A stretch of DNA of 64,000 nucleotides from an uncultured Acidobacteriota bacterium (lineage in GTDB: Bacteria; Acidobacteriota; UBA6911): the NCBI GenBank assembly GCA_963827655.1, contig CAWHCF010000001.1:32001-96000 (forward strand), given 5' to 3'. A model generated the notes under the pieces. The model made no database searches, was not told where the DNA came from, and was given only the letters and a program-made list of their open reading frames with translations. Made by a program: the position numbers and the translations under genes. Below, in pieces: positions 51,170 through 61,408 of the stretch; the stretch's first letter is position 1; each line of letters starts with the position of its first letter.

Positions 51170-52906
51170 ATGTCGAAAGCACAGTTTCTCGCCCGCCTGG
51201 TCTCTTTCTACTTTGTCGTTCTTTCACTTTTCGCTCAACAGCCGGCTCCACAACAGCCCAGTCCCGCCAGGGCCATCGAAGAGAAGCCCGAGGATGATGG
51301 AATTCCGATCACAAGCACGGTGGTCCGAACGGCGTGCGCCCCGTGCCACACGATCGATGATAAGAACCGCATGTCGCGCATCTCCTACCGGCGCACCACG
51401 CCCGAGGGATGGCAGGAAACCATCCGGCGGATGGTTTCTCTGAACAAGGTCGAGCTTACGCCCAAGGATGCCCGCGAGATTGTGAGATATCTCTCGAATC
51501 ATCTGGGTCTCGCACCTGAAGAAGCCCGCCCTGCTCTGTTTGAGGTCGAGCGGCGGATGATCGATTTCAAGTACACGGATCGGGACATCGAGCAAATCTG
51601 CGCCAGGTGTCATTCGCTGGGCCGGGTCATTTCGCAACGCCGCACCAAGGAGGAATGGGAACTCCTCATTGCCATGCACCGCGGGTACTATCCGCTCTCG
51701 GACTTTCAGGCATTCCGGCGCACGGGACCTCCTCAGACACAACCGGGACCGGACGGGCGCCCGCCGGATAACCGTCACCCCATGGAAAAAGCCGTGGCGC
51801 ATCTAGCAGAAGCTTTCCCGCTGAAGACCAACGAATGGTCGGCGTGGTCCGCCAACATGCGCGCGCCGAAGCTGGCGGGACGCTGGGCGCTCTCAGGCTA
51901 CCAGGTCGGACGTGGGGCGCTCTACGGGCAGATGGTGGTCACGACAAATCCGGAAGCGGAAGACGAGTTTGTGACCCAGGTTCGATATGCGTACGCGCGC
52001 TCCGGGAGTTCGGTCGAACGCGCGGGAAAAGCGCTGGTCTACACCGGATTCCAGTGGCGCGGCCGTTCGTTTGACGGCAAGGACGAGAAGAGCGGACTAC
52101 GCGAGGTGATGTTCGTCGAACGCGATTGGCAGCGGATGTCGGGGCGCTGGTTCACAGGCGCGTATGACGAACTGGGAACTGACATAAGACTGCAACGCAT
52201 AACCAACGATCCTATCGTTCTGGGTGTTGAACCGATCGCTTTAAAAACCTCGTCTTCCGCCAGGACGGTTCGAATTTTCGGCGCCAATTTTGCGGCCAAA
52301 CTCACGCCCGCCGACGTAAACTTCGGCCAGGGAGTTAGAGTCACCCGAATCGTCAGCGCCGATCCGGATAGTGTCTCGGTCGAGGTCGAAGTCGCAGCCG
52401 ACGCTCCCGTGGGCGCGCGGGATGTGTTCGTTTCCGGCGCCGCGCGCCATGCGGCTGTCGTCGTTTTCAACAAGACAGATGGAATCAAGGTTCGTCCACA
52501 GGCAGGGATGGCACGAGTAGGCGGCGCAAACTTTCCTAAACAATACCAGCAGTTCGAAGCGGTCGCTTACAACAATGGCGCCGATGGCAAGCCCGACACC
52601 AAAGACGATTTGGATCTTGGAATTGTCGATGTCGCCTGGAGCCTGGAGGAGTACACGGCGACATTTGGGGACGACGACAAAGAATTCGTGGGAACAATCG
52701 ACGCTTCGGGACTCTTCACGCCCAACATCGACGGTCCGAACCCCAAGCGCAAGAACCAGACCAACAACTACGGAGACGTCTGGGTCGTCGCCACGTTTAG
52801 CCCGGAAACAGGCGGCCAGTCAGCCAGACCCATCCGGGCTCGCGCCCACCTTCTCGTGACCGTTCCGGTCTACATGAGGTGGGAGCCCTCAGAGGTGACG
52901 CGATGA
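51170..52906 (+). CDS. qhpA: Quinohemoprotein amine dehydrogenase alpha subunit (diheme)
   Basis: CAPCH and CARCH, RIS..R.TPEGW...RM, QRRT.EEW.....H, YTGFQWRG, ARVGG, GLFTP...GPNP.R and LLVTV motifs. Confidence 0.95.
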   Translation: MSKAQFLARLVSFYFVVLSLFAQQPAPQQPSPARAIEEKPEDDGIPITSTVVRTACAPCHTIDDKNRMSRISYRRTTPEGWQETIRRMVSLNKVELTPKDAREIVRYLSNHLGLAPEEARPALFEVERRMIDFKYTDRDIEQICARCHSLGRVISQRRTKEEWELLIAMHRGYYPLSDFQAFRRTGPPQTQPGPDGRPPDNRHPMEKAVAHLAEAFPLKTNEWSAWSANMRAPKLAGRWALSGYQVGRGALYGQMVVTTNPEAEDEFVTQVRYAYARSGSSVERAGKALVYTGFQWRGRSFDGKDEKSGLREVMFVERDWQRMSGRWFTGAYDELGTDIRLQRITNDPIVLGVEPIALKTSSSARTVRIFGANFAAKLTPADVNFGQGVRVTRIVSADPDSVSVEVEVAADAPVGARDVFVSGAARHAAVVVFNKTDGIKVRPQAGMARVGGANFPKQYQQFEAVAYNNGADGKPDTKDDLDLGIVDVAWSLEEYTATFGDDDKEFVGTIDASGLFTPNIDGPNPKRKNQTNNYGDVWVVATFSPETGGQSARPIRARAHLLVTVPVYMRWEPSEVTR

Positions 52907-54339
52907 AGAAGCTTGGCCTGCGCGAGTTTCATCGATTTGAGGCGGCCGGTACGACCTTTCTTTACCTGGTTCCCAGCGCCGCGGTTCTTGCCCTCGACCA
53001 CGCCGCTTCGGCAGTCCTCGAGGCGCTGGGTCGCGGGCCGATGACACCCCAGCAGCTGATCAGCGAACTTTCCGGCCGTTTTTCACCCGCTGATCTCAAA
53101 GACACGATCTCGGAACTGATCGGCGTCCGCGCCATCGGTGACGTCGAGGCAAGCGAAAGCTCCAGTCCTCGAACCCTTCCACCGATGCCTTTCCCCCTGA
53201 CCACCATGGTTCTCAACCTGACCAACCAGTGCAATCTGAGCTGCACTTATTGTTACGAGTACGGCCAGGACAAGATCGTCGACACGAAGGACCCGAGACG
53301 GGCCCGTTTCATGACCGAGGAAACGGCGGCTCAGAGCGTCGATTTCATGCTCAAACAATCGGGTCCCAACAAGACTGTGCACCTGACATTCTTTGGCGGT
53401 GAAACCCTTCTGAATTTTCCCGTGCTGAAAGCTACCCTTGGGTATGCGCGCCGGCGCGCGGCGGAGATGGGAAAGGAAGTGGACTTCAGTCTCACGACCA
53501 ACGCCACGCTGCTGCGTCCGGAGACCATTGAATTCCTGGCGGAGAACCATGTCGGCGTCACCATTTCGATCGACGGGCCGAAGGAAGTCCAGGACCAGTT
53601 TCGCGTGTTCCACAATGGAGACGGAAGCTACGACATCATCGCGCCCAAGATTCGCGAGCTGCTGCGACGCCACCGCACTCGCCCTGTCGGCGCGCGCGTC
53701 ACGCTCACAGCCCAGACCCTCGACATCACCCGGATCTTCCGCCACCTGACCGACGAAATCGGCTTCTGGGAGGTGGGGTTTGCGCCGGTAACTACTTCGT
53801 CCAATCAGCAATACGCAATCAGCGACGCCGGCTTCGATCACATGCTCAACCAGTTCCGCTTGCTGGCTGCTGAATTCCTGGAATATTCGCTCCAGGATCG
53901 CCGGCACGGTTTCTCGAACGTCAAGGACACGCTCGAGGAGATCCACAAGGGACACAGCAAAGCCTACCCTTGTGGCGCCGGCCTGGGGCTGCTGGGCGTC
54001 TCCACCGACGGTGACGTCGCGCTTTGCCATCGCTTCGCCGCCTCGGATGCGCACAAGCTGGGAACCGTCCGAGACGGTATCGATTCGTTGGTGCAGATTG
54101 ATTTTCTCGAGAAAAACCATATCGCCAGCAAAACCGACTGCAGCAGGTGCTGGGCCCGGCCGCTCTGTTCCGGCGGTTGTTATCACGAAGCTTATGTGCG
54201 CTACGGCACGACCACACATCCTAATCTCCATTACTGTGAATGGATCCGCGGCTGGACCGACACATGCCTGCGCATCTATGGCGAGCTCGCGGAACGCAAT
54301 CCGAAATTCCTCGCGCAATTCGATGAGGGGGCGTCATGA
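52903..54339 (+). CDS. qhpD: Radical SAM/SPASM thioether-forming maturase
   Basis: CNLSCTYC, FFGGE, PCGAG, LCHRF and CSRCWARPLCSGGCYHE motifs; ATGA-coupled to both qhpA and qhpC. Confidence 0.95.
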   Translation: MKKLGLREFHRFEAAGTTFLYLVPSAAVLALDHAASAVLEALGRGPMTPQQLISELSGRFSPADLKDTISELIGVRAIGDVEASESSSPRTLPPMPFPLTTMVLNLTNQCNLSCTYCYEYGQDKIVDTKDPRRARFMTEETAAQSVDFMLKQSGPNKTVHLTFFGGETLLNFPVLKATLGYARRRAAEMGKEVDFSLTTNATLLRPETIEFLAENHVGVTISIDGPKEVQDQFRVFHNGDGSYDIIAPKIRELLRRHRTRPVGARVTLTAQTLDITRIFRHLTDEIGFWEVGFAPVTTSSNQQYAISDAGFDHMLNQFRLLAAEFLEYSLQDRRHGFSNVKDTLEEIHKGHSKAYPCGAGLGLLGVSTDGDVALCHRFAASDAHKLGTVRDGIDSLVQIDFLEKNHIASKTDCSRCWARPLCSGGCYHEAYVRYGTTTHPNLHYCEWIRGWTDTCLRIYGELAERNPKFLAQFDEGAS

Positions 54340-54710
54340 AGCATCTCAGGACCATTAACCGAAAGGCCGGACTCCTCGAGCAATACCTGGAGTCGTCATC
54401 GGCCCGCGAGAGTCAAACTGACGAGGCCGGCGGCGATGTCGTGGCTCTCCAGCAGGGACCACCACAGCAACCGCCAGGCCCTCACTTTCCGCTGGGCTGC
54501 TCTCTGCAATTCGATCCGGGCTGGGAAACAGATTCGAATGGCGGCACCGCCGGTCTATGCCAGCCTGTGGAACGGGACCTGTTTGACTGCCATACGGGTT
54601 GTTACTGGCCGGCACAAGTCCCTGATCAACTCAATCATGCGCCGGACTGGACCAGTAAATGCGCCGCCGCCCAGAAAGACTGGCGCAAGATCGATCTGAT
54701 TTTTCCGTAG
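54336..54710 (+). CDS. qhpC: Quinohemoprotein amine dehydrogenase gamma subunit precursor
   Basis: MKHL..IN.KA leader, DVVA, GC...FDPGWE, LCQP.E.DL..C...C.WPAQVPD and DWRK motifs. Confidence 0.95.
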   Translation: MKHLRTINRKAGLLEQYLESSSARESQTDEAGGDVVALQQGPPQQPPGPHFPLGCSLQFDPGWETDSNGGTAGLCQPVERDLFDCHTGCYWPAQVPDQLNHAPDWTSKCAAAQKDWRKIDLIFP

Positions 54711-54801
54711 GAAATTCGGTGACAGGCTCCAAATTGCGTGGCGAAAAACCAGTCTCTTGGTCCCTCTTAACCGCGCAATTTGGAGCCTGTCACCGAATTT
54801 C
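54711..54801. repeat. Perfect 28-bp inverted repeat (REP-like)
   Basis: GAAATTCGGTGACAGGCTCCAAATTGCG at 54711-54738 and its reverse complement at 54774-54801. Confidence 0.9.
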
Positions 54802-54849
54802 GCCCGGACCTGGCTGTTTTTCGACAAAAACTAAGCAGTCAAGACCGTC

Positions 54850-55956
54850 ATGAGATCCAGGATCGTACTCATCACTGCCGGATTGCTCTTACTTGGGGCG
54901 ACCCAGGGACAGGATCGCCGCGACGACCCCGCCCCGGGCAACGGCACACTTTATCTCGGCGTCTTCTCCAAGAAGATCGTGATTATCGACGAAGCCACGG
55001 GAGGGGTCACCGGCGAGATTCGGCTCAAGACCGGCATGCCCAGACAGATGTCGTTATCTCACGACCGAAAGCGGTTCTATGTAGTGAATGCGAACATGGA
55101 AGAGATGGAGGTCGTGGATATCTCTTCCAGGCAGGTGCTCGACACCTTCCGGATCGGTGAAGGCGACAAAAAGGTTCGCATTCGCAGCTTCCAGGTCGAT
55201 CCGCAGAATCGCTACATGATCCTTCTGACCAAAACCACGACCAAGCTCGCCGATCGATTTGAGATCGGCCCTCCGATGCTGCTCCAGTACGACCTCAAAG
55301 AGCACAGAGTTTTTCGAACCATACCGTGGCCCAAGAATGAGGAGCGCGAGTTTGCCAACCTGTTGTTCTCGCCTGACGGGAAATTCCTCTACTTCTTTTC
55401 CGATGATGTTCTGATATACGACACGACTGAATTCAAGCAGGTGGACAAGTGGGAGATTTCACGTCCGATCGAGGAGGGATTCGGGAGAATCAATTTTGGA
55501 CCGCTGGACATCATTAACGAAGAGCCGGGCTTCTTCACCGGACTGTTCACCGTCCAGGATCCGGTGCAAAACCGCCGCGTCATGGGAGTGGCGCGAGTCA
55601 ACCTGAGCGAAAAGAGCGTCGATTTCTACGCGCTCGGTCCCGCCACGCGCGTCAGCTTTTCCCTGGCGCCGGGGCGCAAACGGGCCTACGGTTTGATGGA
55701 ACAGGTCGGTCGTCACGAATTCTGGACCTTCGACCTGGAGAATCGCCGTCTGCAAGGCAAGACGGAGTTCGCGGGACGACCGCGTATGGAGTTGAAGACC
55801 AGCTCAAACGGCAGGATCCTTTACATCTATGAGGCTGGCAATACTATTGATCTCTACGACGCAGCCACGTACCGCCATCTTCGCACCATCGCTCTCGACG
55901 CGGACATGGCTACGGACCTCTACGTCATGCCCCCAGCCGGGAGCACCGGCAAGTAG
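54850..55956 (+). CDS. qhpB: Beta-propeller protein, probable QHNDH beta subunit
   Basis: Signal peptide and YVTN-like repeats (SPDGKFLY, NGRILYI..AGNTIDLYDA); position after qhpC as in qhpADCB. Confidence 0.82.
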   Translation: MRSRIVLITAGLLLLGATQGQDRRDDPAPGNGTLYLGVFSKKIVIIDEATGGVTGEIRLKTGMPRQMSLSHDRKRFYVVNANMEEMEVVDISSRQVLDTFRIGEGDKKVRIRSFQVDPQNRYMILLTKTTTKLADRFEIGPPMLLQYDLKEHRVFRTIPWPKNEEREFANLLFSPDGKFLYFFSDDVLIYDTTEFKQVDKWEISRPIEEGFGRINFGPLDIINEEPGFFTGLFTVQDPVQNRRVMGVARVNLSEKSVDFYALGPATRVSFSLAPGRKRAYGLMEQVGRHEFWTFDLENRRLQGKTEFAGRPRMELKTSSNGRILYIYEAGNTIDLYDAATYRHLRTIALDADMATDLYVMPPAGSTGK

Positions 55957-56089
55957 AGACCCATAGCACTGCTGTTCGCAATTGCGGTGTATGGGCAGTT
56001 GAGGCCTGAGAGGCCGACAGGGAGCGGGTCAATTACAGGCCGTCGCAAGTAACGTGATCCGGAGGATTTAGCCTTAAAGAGTTCTTTTC

Positions 56090-56230
<141 letters not shown>

Positions 56231-56484
56231 AAGCTTTTGTGCCACTAGGGGGCCGGACGGGCTTGATAGCCCGTCCGCACATGGATCGGTGGTTTTGCAA
56301 CAGCCTCGGATGGCCCGCGCCGCAGACCAATTTTTTCACACCTTCTGACCGGCGGGGCTACTCACTGCCGGGCCTTCGGCCCTGGCGACAAGCGAGCCGA
56401 CTCCTATCGTTCTGCCCAAACACGTTACTACCATCATTATGAACCAGCACCTGGCGTCTTCACTCCCTGGCGGTGGATTCTGAC

Positions 56485-58201
56485 ATGAGCCGTGTCCGTT
56501 TGATGGACCCGAACCTGCGCAAGGCGCTGGCGTACGTCTTTCCATATTGGCGCCGCCTGCTCCTGGTCCTGTCGCTGAGCGTGGTCAGCACCGCGCTGTC
56601 ACTCTACATTCCCTATCTTTCAAAAGGCCTCGTGGATCAGGCTCTTCTCGGCCGCGACGCAGCGGCGCTGCTTCGCATTGTACTGATGTTCACCGGGATA
56701 GCCTTGCTCAGCTTCGGGCTGAACCTTCTGAGCGGTCTCAGGTACACGCGAGTTTCGGCCGAGATTCTGTTCGATATGCGACTGGCGCTGTACCAGCACC
56801 TTCAGCGCCTGTCACCTCGATTCTACGCGCGCACGCGCCTCGGCGATATCGTCTCGCGCATCAACAATGATATCGGCGAAATCCAGCGCATTGCCGCGGA
56901 AACAGCGCTGGCCTGGGCGGGCAACGTGCTCTTTCTGGCCGGCACAATCACCATCATGCTATGGCTCGATGCTCGCCTTTTTTCCCTCAGTGTGGCGCTG
57001 CTGCCTTTCGGCATCTGGACTCTCAGGCGCTACCGCAACCGGCTCTCCGCAGCCGTGTCGATCCTGCGCCAGCGCAGCGCGGATATAGGAAGTTTTCTTA
57101 TCGAGACTCTTCAGGGGATGCGGTTGATTGTGACCTCCAATGCGCAGCAGCGGGAGGTTGCGCGCTTCAGAAGCAAGAACGACAGCTTCATCCAGGCGTT
57201 GATGTCGATGCAATTGTCCTCCTATCTGTCCGGCGGAATTCCGGGGCTGATCCTTTCGGGAAGCACCGTGCTCGTTTTCCTGTACGGCGGTCACAGGGTT
57301 ATCGAGGGAACCCTCACCATGGGAACTTTCGTAGCCTTCGTCGCTTACCAGATGCGGCTGCTCCCGCCCATCCAGGCGCTCATGGGACTCTACGCCAACC
57401 TCGCGACTGCCTCGGTATCGCTGCGCCGGATCCATGACATCCTCGACATCGCCCCGGAAGTGAGTGAACGCCCGGATGCCACCACTCTGCGCCAGGTGCG
57501 CGGCGATATCTGTTTCGAAAATGTCACGCTTTCTCACGACCGCGGGGCGCCGGCGCTCGAGAACATCAACTTTTCAGTGCGGAGCGGCGAGCTTCTGGCG
57601 CTGGTCGGCCCGAGTGGCAGCGGGAAATCCACCGTGGCGGATTTGCTCCTGCGCCTTCTTGATCCCGATTCGGGTGTGGTTCGGCTCGACGGGTACGACC
57701 TGCGCGAACGTCAGCCTCATGGATCTGCGCCGGCACATCGTGCTGGTGGACCAGGCGCCCTTTGTCTTCAACGCTTCGATCGCCGAAAATATCCGCTATG
57801 CGCGCCCCGAAGCATCCGACCCGGAGGTTGTCGAGGCCGCCCGCGCCGCCGGAATTGACCAGTTCATCCTCAGCCTGCCTGAGAAATATCAGACCCCAGT
57901 GGGAGAACGCGGCCTGGCTCTGTCGGCCGGCGAACGTCAGCGGATAGCGATTGCGCGCGCGTTCCTCGCCAACCCCGCGGTTCTGATCCTGGACGAGCCC
58001 ACCGCTGCGCTTGATCCGCTTTCAGAACGCCAGGTTGTGGCCGGATACGAGGCGATCATGCGAGGCCGCACGACCATCCTGATCTCGCATCGCCTGCAAC
58101 TGGCTTCCAGGGCAGATCGGATCGTGGTGCTGGCGGGCGCGAAGATCGCGGAACAAGGAAGGCCGCAGGATTTGCGGTACCTTGGCGCGTTCGTGTCATA
58201 A
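56485..58201 (+). CDS. qhpF: ABC exporter (permease plus ATPase) for QhpC; frameshift near 57708
   Basis: Six-TM domain and GPSGSGKST, then LSAGERQR, ILDE and ISHR in the second frame. Confidence 0.85.
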
Positions 58202-58202
58202 G

Positions 58203-58456
58203 GATTGACGATTTACGATTGACGATTGACGATTGGAGCTTGGTGATAGTTGTTCAAACTTCTTCAATAGCCGGATGCAATGATTGCGCAACCAGCACTT
58301 GACTTCTTTTGACAAACCGGGAGAGTGATTGACGATTTACGATTGACGATTGACGATTGGAGCTTGGTGATAGTTGTTCAAACTTCATTCAATAGCCGGA
58401 TGCAATGATTGCTGCAACCAGCACTTCGAACTTCTTTTCGGACAAAACCGGGAGAG
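58203..58456 (+). repeat. Tandem duplication of about 125 bp
   Basis: 58203-58326 versus 58327-58456; the copies differ almost only by 1-2 nt indels. Confidence 0.9.
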
Positions 58457-59130
58457 GGATCCGCATCGCCATCGTCGACAGCGGCATTCATGCTGCGCAC
58501 CCGCACGTAGGTGGTGTCGCCGGCGGCATCGGGATTTCTGAGGACGGAGACGAAACCGGCGATTTCCTGGACCGCCTGGGGCATGGAACTGCAGTCGCCG
58601 CGGCTATCCGCGAGAAGGCGCCGGAGGCCGAGCTCTACGCGATCAAAGTGTTCCAGCGCTCGCTCGTTACCAGCGTCGAGAGGCTGGTACAGGCAATCAA
58701 TTGGGCGGCGCGCCACGGCATGCAGCTGGTCAATCTGAGCCTCGGCACCGGCAAAACGGAGCATGAGACATCGCTACGGCCAGCGATCGATGCCGCGAGC
58801 CGATGCGGCACCCATCTGGTCGCCGCCTGCGAGAACTCCGGCGCGCGCTGGATGCCCGGTAGTCTGGACGGAGTCGTTCCGGTGGTGCTGGATTGGGATT
58901 GCCCGCGCGATGAGTATCGCGCCCGCGTGGCGAAAGATGGACGAACCATTTTTGGCGCCTCGGGGTACCCGCGCGACATTCCCGGAGTTTCACGCGAGCG
59001 CAATCTGAAAGGAATCAGTTTTGCGGTCGCGAATATGACCGGATTTGCGGCTCGGGCGCTGGAAGCCCATCCGGGCTCATCGCTCGAGGACCTGGTTCGG
59101 ATCCTGGGAAAATCAGGGACATCCCACTAG
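58405..59130 (+). CDS. qhpE: Short subtilisin-like S8 leader peptidase
   Basis: IVDSG, GHGT and GISFA catalytic triad; no signal peptide; lies within the qhp locus. Confidence 0.85.
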   Translation: MIAATSTSNFFSDKTGRGIRIAIVDSGIHAAHPHVGGVAGGIGISEDGDETGDFLDRLGHGTAVAAAIREKAPEAELYAIKVFQRSLVTSVERLVQAINWAARHGMQLVNLSLGTGKTEHETSLRPAIDAASRCGTHLVAACENSGARWMPGSLDGVVPVVLDWDCPRDEYRARVAKDGRTIFGASGYPRDIPGVSRERNLKGISFAVANMTGFAARALEAHPGSSLEDLVRILGKSGTSH

Positions 59131-59226
59131 TTTCCCGATTTCTGCCAGAAACGGTAAGCGGGCAGCTCCCTGGTTTCTCTCAATACTTGCAGAAATTGGG
59201 AAACCAGTGGGACGTCCCTGATTCTT

Positions 59227-60459
59227 ATGAGTATGCCTCGGAGAGACTTTCTGAGAGCTGCGGCTCACATCGCGACTGCCTCCGCTGGATTGGCAACGGC
59301 GGCGGAATCGGAACAGCAGCGGCGCATCGGGCGAATTATTCGAGAGTACGATGCCCAGGGCTGGCATCGCACGGGAAGCGAAACCGACAATTCTTCGGCC
59401 GAATGGCTGGCCGGACTGATGCGGTTAAGCGGGCTACAGCCCGTGATGCTCGAACCATTCGCTTTGAGCCGGATTGAGCCTCAGGCGGCATACATAGAAA
59501 TCGACGGCCGGCGAATTTCCGGCCTGCCGCTGTTCGACGGCGCCTTCACGGGACCCGAAGGTCTTTACGGGCGTCTGGGACCCCTCGACAGCAACGCCGA
59601 GATTACATTCTGCGAAGTCCCTGCCGCCGGCCCTGCGCCCGAGTTTGAAGTTGCCCGAAGCCGCGGAAAGCAGAAAGCGATTGTGACCGTCACCCGCGGC
59701 CGCCGCCCCGGTCTGGCTCCCAGAAACGCCGAGAAGTTCAGCGCTCCTTCCGGACCGGTTGTCCTGCAGGTGGAAAGCGCAGCCGGAGACTGGCTCGCGC
59801 AGCAGTCCGCAAGCGCCCCCAAGGCGAGGATCGTCGCACAGGTTCGGAGAATCAGCGTGCAGGCCCGCAATGTAATTGGGACACTCCGCGGCAGAAGCGC
59901 AAATCACGCGCCGCTGGTTGTAATGACGCCCCGAAGCGGGTGGTGGAACTGCGCCGGCGAGCGTGGGGGCGGAATTGCCTGCTGGCTCGAGATCATTCGC
60001 GCCCTTGTGGATAGCAATCCAGCGCGCGACGTGCTTTTCGTCGCCACGAGCGGCCACGAACTGGGGCATCTGGGTCTGGAGCAGTTTCTCGAACGGCGTC
60101 CCAGGTTGGCCCGGGGCGCCCTGGCATGGGTTCACCTGGGGGCCTCGATCGGCGCCGCCCAGGAACCCCGTTTGCAATACTTTGCTTCCGATAAGGAGCT
60201 CGAGACGACTGCGGTCGCAGCAATGGAAGTCGCCGGCGCCAGACTGCCGGAGCCGGCTTCCCGCGGGACAGTTCCGCCGGGCGAGGCACGGAACGTTCAT
60301 GAGCTTGGGGGTCGTTACTTTTCGGTATCGGGAGGAAATGCGCTCTTCCACCTGGAGGCGGACCGGTGGCCGGCGGCAGTCGACGTTGGAGCCGTTTCGC
60401 TATACGCAAATGCCTTCGCCAGCCTGACCCTCAGGCTGGCGAAGACCACCAGTGCGTGA
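59227..60459 (+). CDS. Tat-exported divergent M28-like hydrolase
   Basis: PRRDFL leader; HRTGS, NVIG, TPRSGWW..AGERGGG, SGHELGHLG and FH...D motifs. Confidence 0.7.
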   Translation: MSMPRRDFLRAAAHIATASAGLATAAESEQQRRIGRIIREYDAQGWHRTGSETDNSSAEWLAGLMRLSGLQPVMLEPFALSRIEPQAAYIEIDGRRISGLPLFDGAFTGPEGLYGRLGPLDSNAEITFCEVPAAGPAPEFEVARSRGKQKAIVTVTRGRRPGLAPRNAEKFSAPSGPVVLQVESAAGDWLAQQSASAPKARIVAQVRRISVQARNVIGTLRGRSANHAPLVVMTPRSGWWNCAGERGGGIACWLEIIRALVDSNPARDVLFVATSGHELGHLGLEQFLERRPRLARGALAWVHLGASIGAAQEPRLQYFASDKELETTAVAAMEVAGARLPEPASRGTVPPGEARNVHELGGRYFSVSGGNALFHLEADRWPAAVDVGAVSLYANAFASLTLRLAKTTSA

Positions 60460-60470
60460 AGGAGGGTACG

Positions 60471-61370
60471 ATGAAGATTCTCGTGTCTGGCTCCACCGGG
60501 CTCGTGGGCAAAGCTCTTGTTTCTTCTCTCACGGGAGCAGGGCATCAGGTGACTCGACTGGTTCGCTCCCGCTCCGGCGCCGGTGAGAAAGATATTTACT
60601 GGGACCCTGCGACCGGCAGCCTGGACTCCAGCCGGCTCGAAGGTCTTGATGGCGTGGTTCATCTCGCCGGTGAGAGCATCGCGGAAGGACGATGGACCGC
60701 TGAGAAGAAAGCTCGCATCCGCAATAGCCGGGTCAAAGGGACACAGCTTCTCGCCGATGCTCTGGCTCAACGAGTGCAGCGGCCCAGGACCTTGATCTGC
60801 GCGTCCGCGATTGGTTATTACGGCGATCGAGGCGCCGAGATTCTTCGCGAAGACAGCAGACCAGGCTCAGGGTTTCTGCCGGATGTCTGTCGTGAGTGGG
60901 AAGCCGCCACAAAGCCGGCGGCCGAGAGCGGAATTCGCGTGGTGAATCTCCGCACGGGGCTGGTTCTGAGTTCTTCCGGCGGCGCACTGCCGAAAATGCT
61001 CCCCCCTTTCAAGCTCGGCGCCGGCGGAAAGCTGGGCACGGGCCAACAGTTCATGAGCTGGATTTCAATCGACGACCTGGTCGGCGCAATCCAGCACGCG
61101 CTCGAGAAGAACAGTCTCAGTGGCCCGGTCAATGCTGTCTCGCCGCATCCTGTCACTAACCTCGAGTTCACCAAGACTCTCGGGCGCGTCCTGTCGCGGC
61201 CCACGATCTTCCCGATGCCGGCTTTCGCCGTTCGATTGATGTTCGGAGAGATGGGCGAGGATCTCTTGCTGGCAAGCGCGCGCGTCGAACCCGCGCGCCT
61301 GGCGGGCTCGGGCTACCTATTCCGCTATCCGGTGCTGGAAGGCGCCCTGCGACACGTGCTGCGGAAATAA
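60471..61370 (+). CDS. TIGR01777 family NAD-dependent epimerase-like protein
   Basis: SGSTGLVG, HLAGESI..RW, SAIGYYG, C..WE and G.Q.MSWI motifs. Confidence 0.92.
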   Translation: MKILVSGSTGLVGKALVSSLTGAGHQVTRLVRSRSGAGEKDIYWDPATGSLDSSRLEGLDGVVHLAGESIAEGRWTAEKKARIRNSRVKGTQLLADALAQRVQRPRTLICASAIGYYGDRGAEILREDSRPGSGFLPDVCREWEAATKPAAESGIRVVNLRTGLVLSSSGGALPKMLPPFKLGAGGKLGTGQQFMSWISIDDLVGAIQHALEKNSLSGPVNAVSPHPVTNLEFTKTLGRVLSRPTIFPMPAFAVRLMFGEMGEDLLLASARVEPARLAGSGYLFRYPVLEGALRHVLRK

Positions 61371-61408
61371 GACAACCGCCAAGACGCGAAGAAACCGGAA
61401 GGAAGAAA

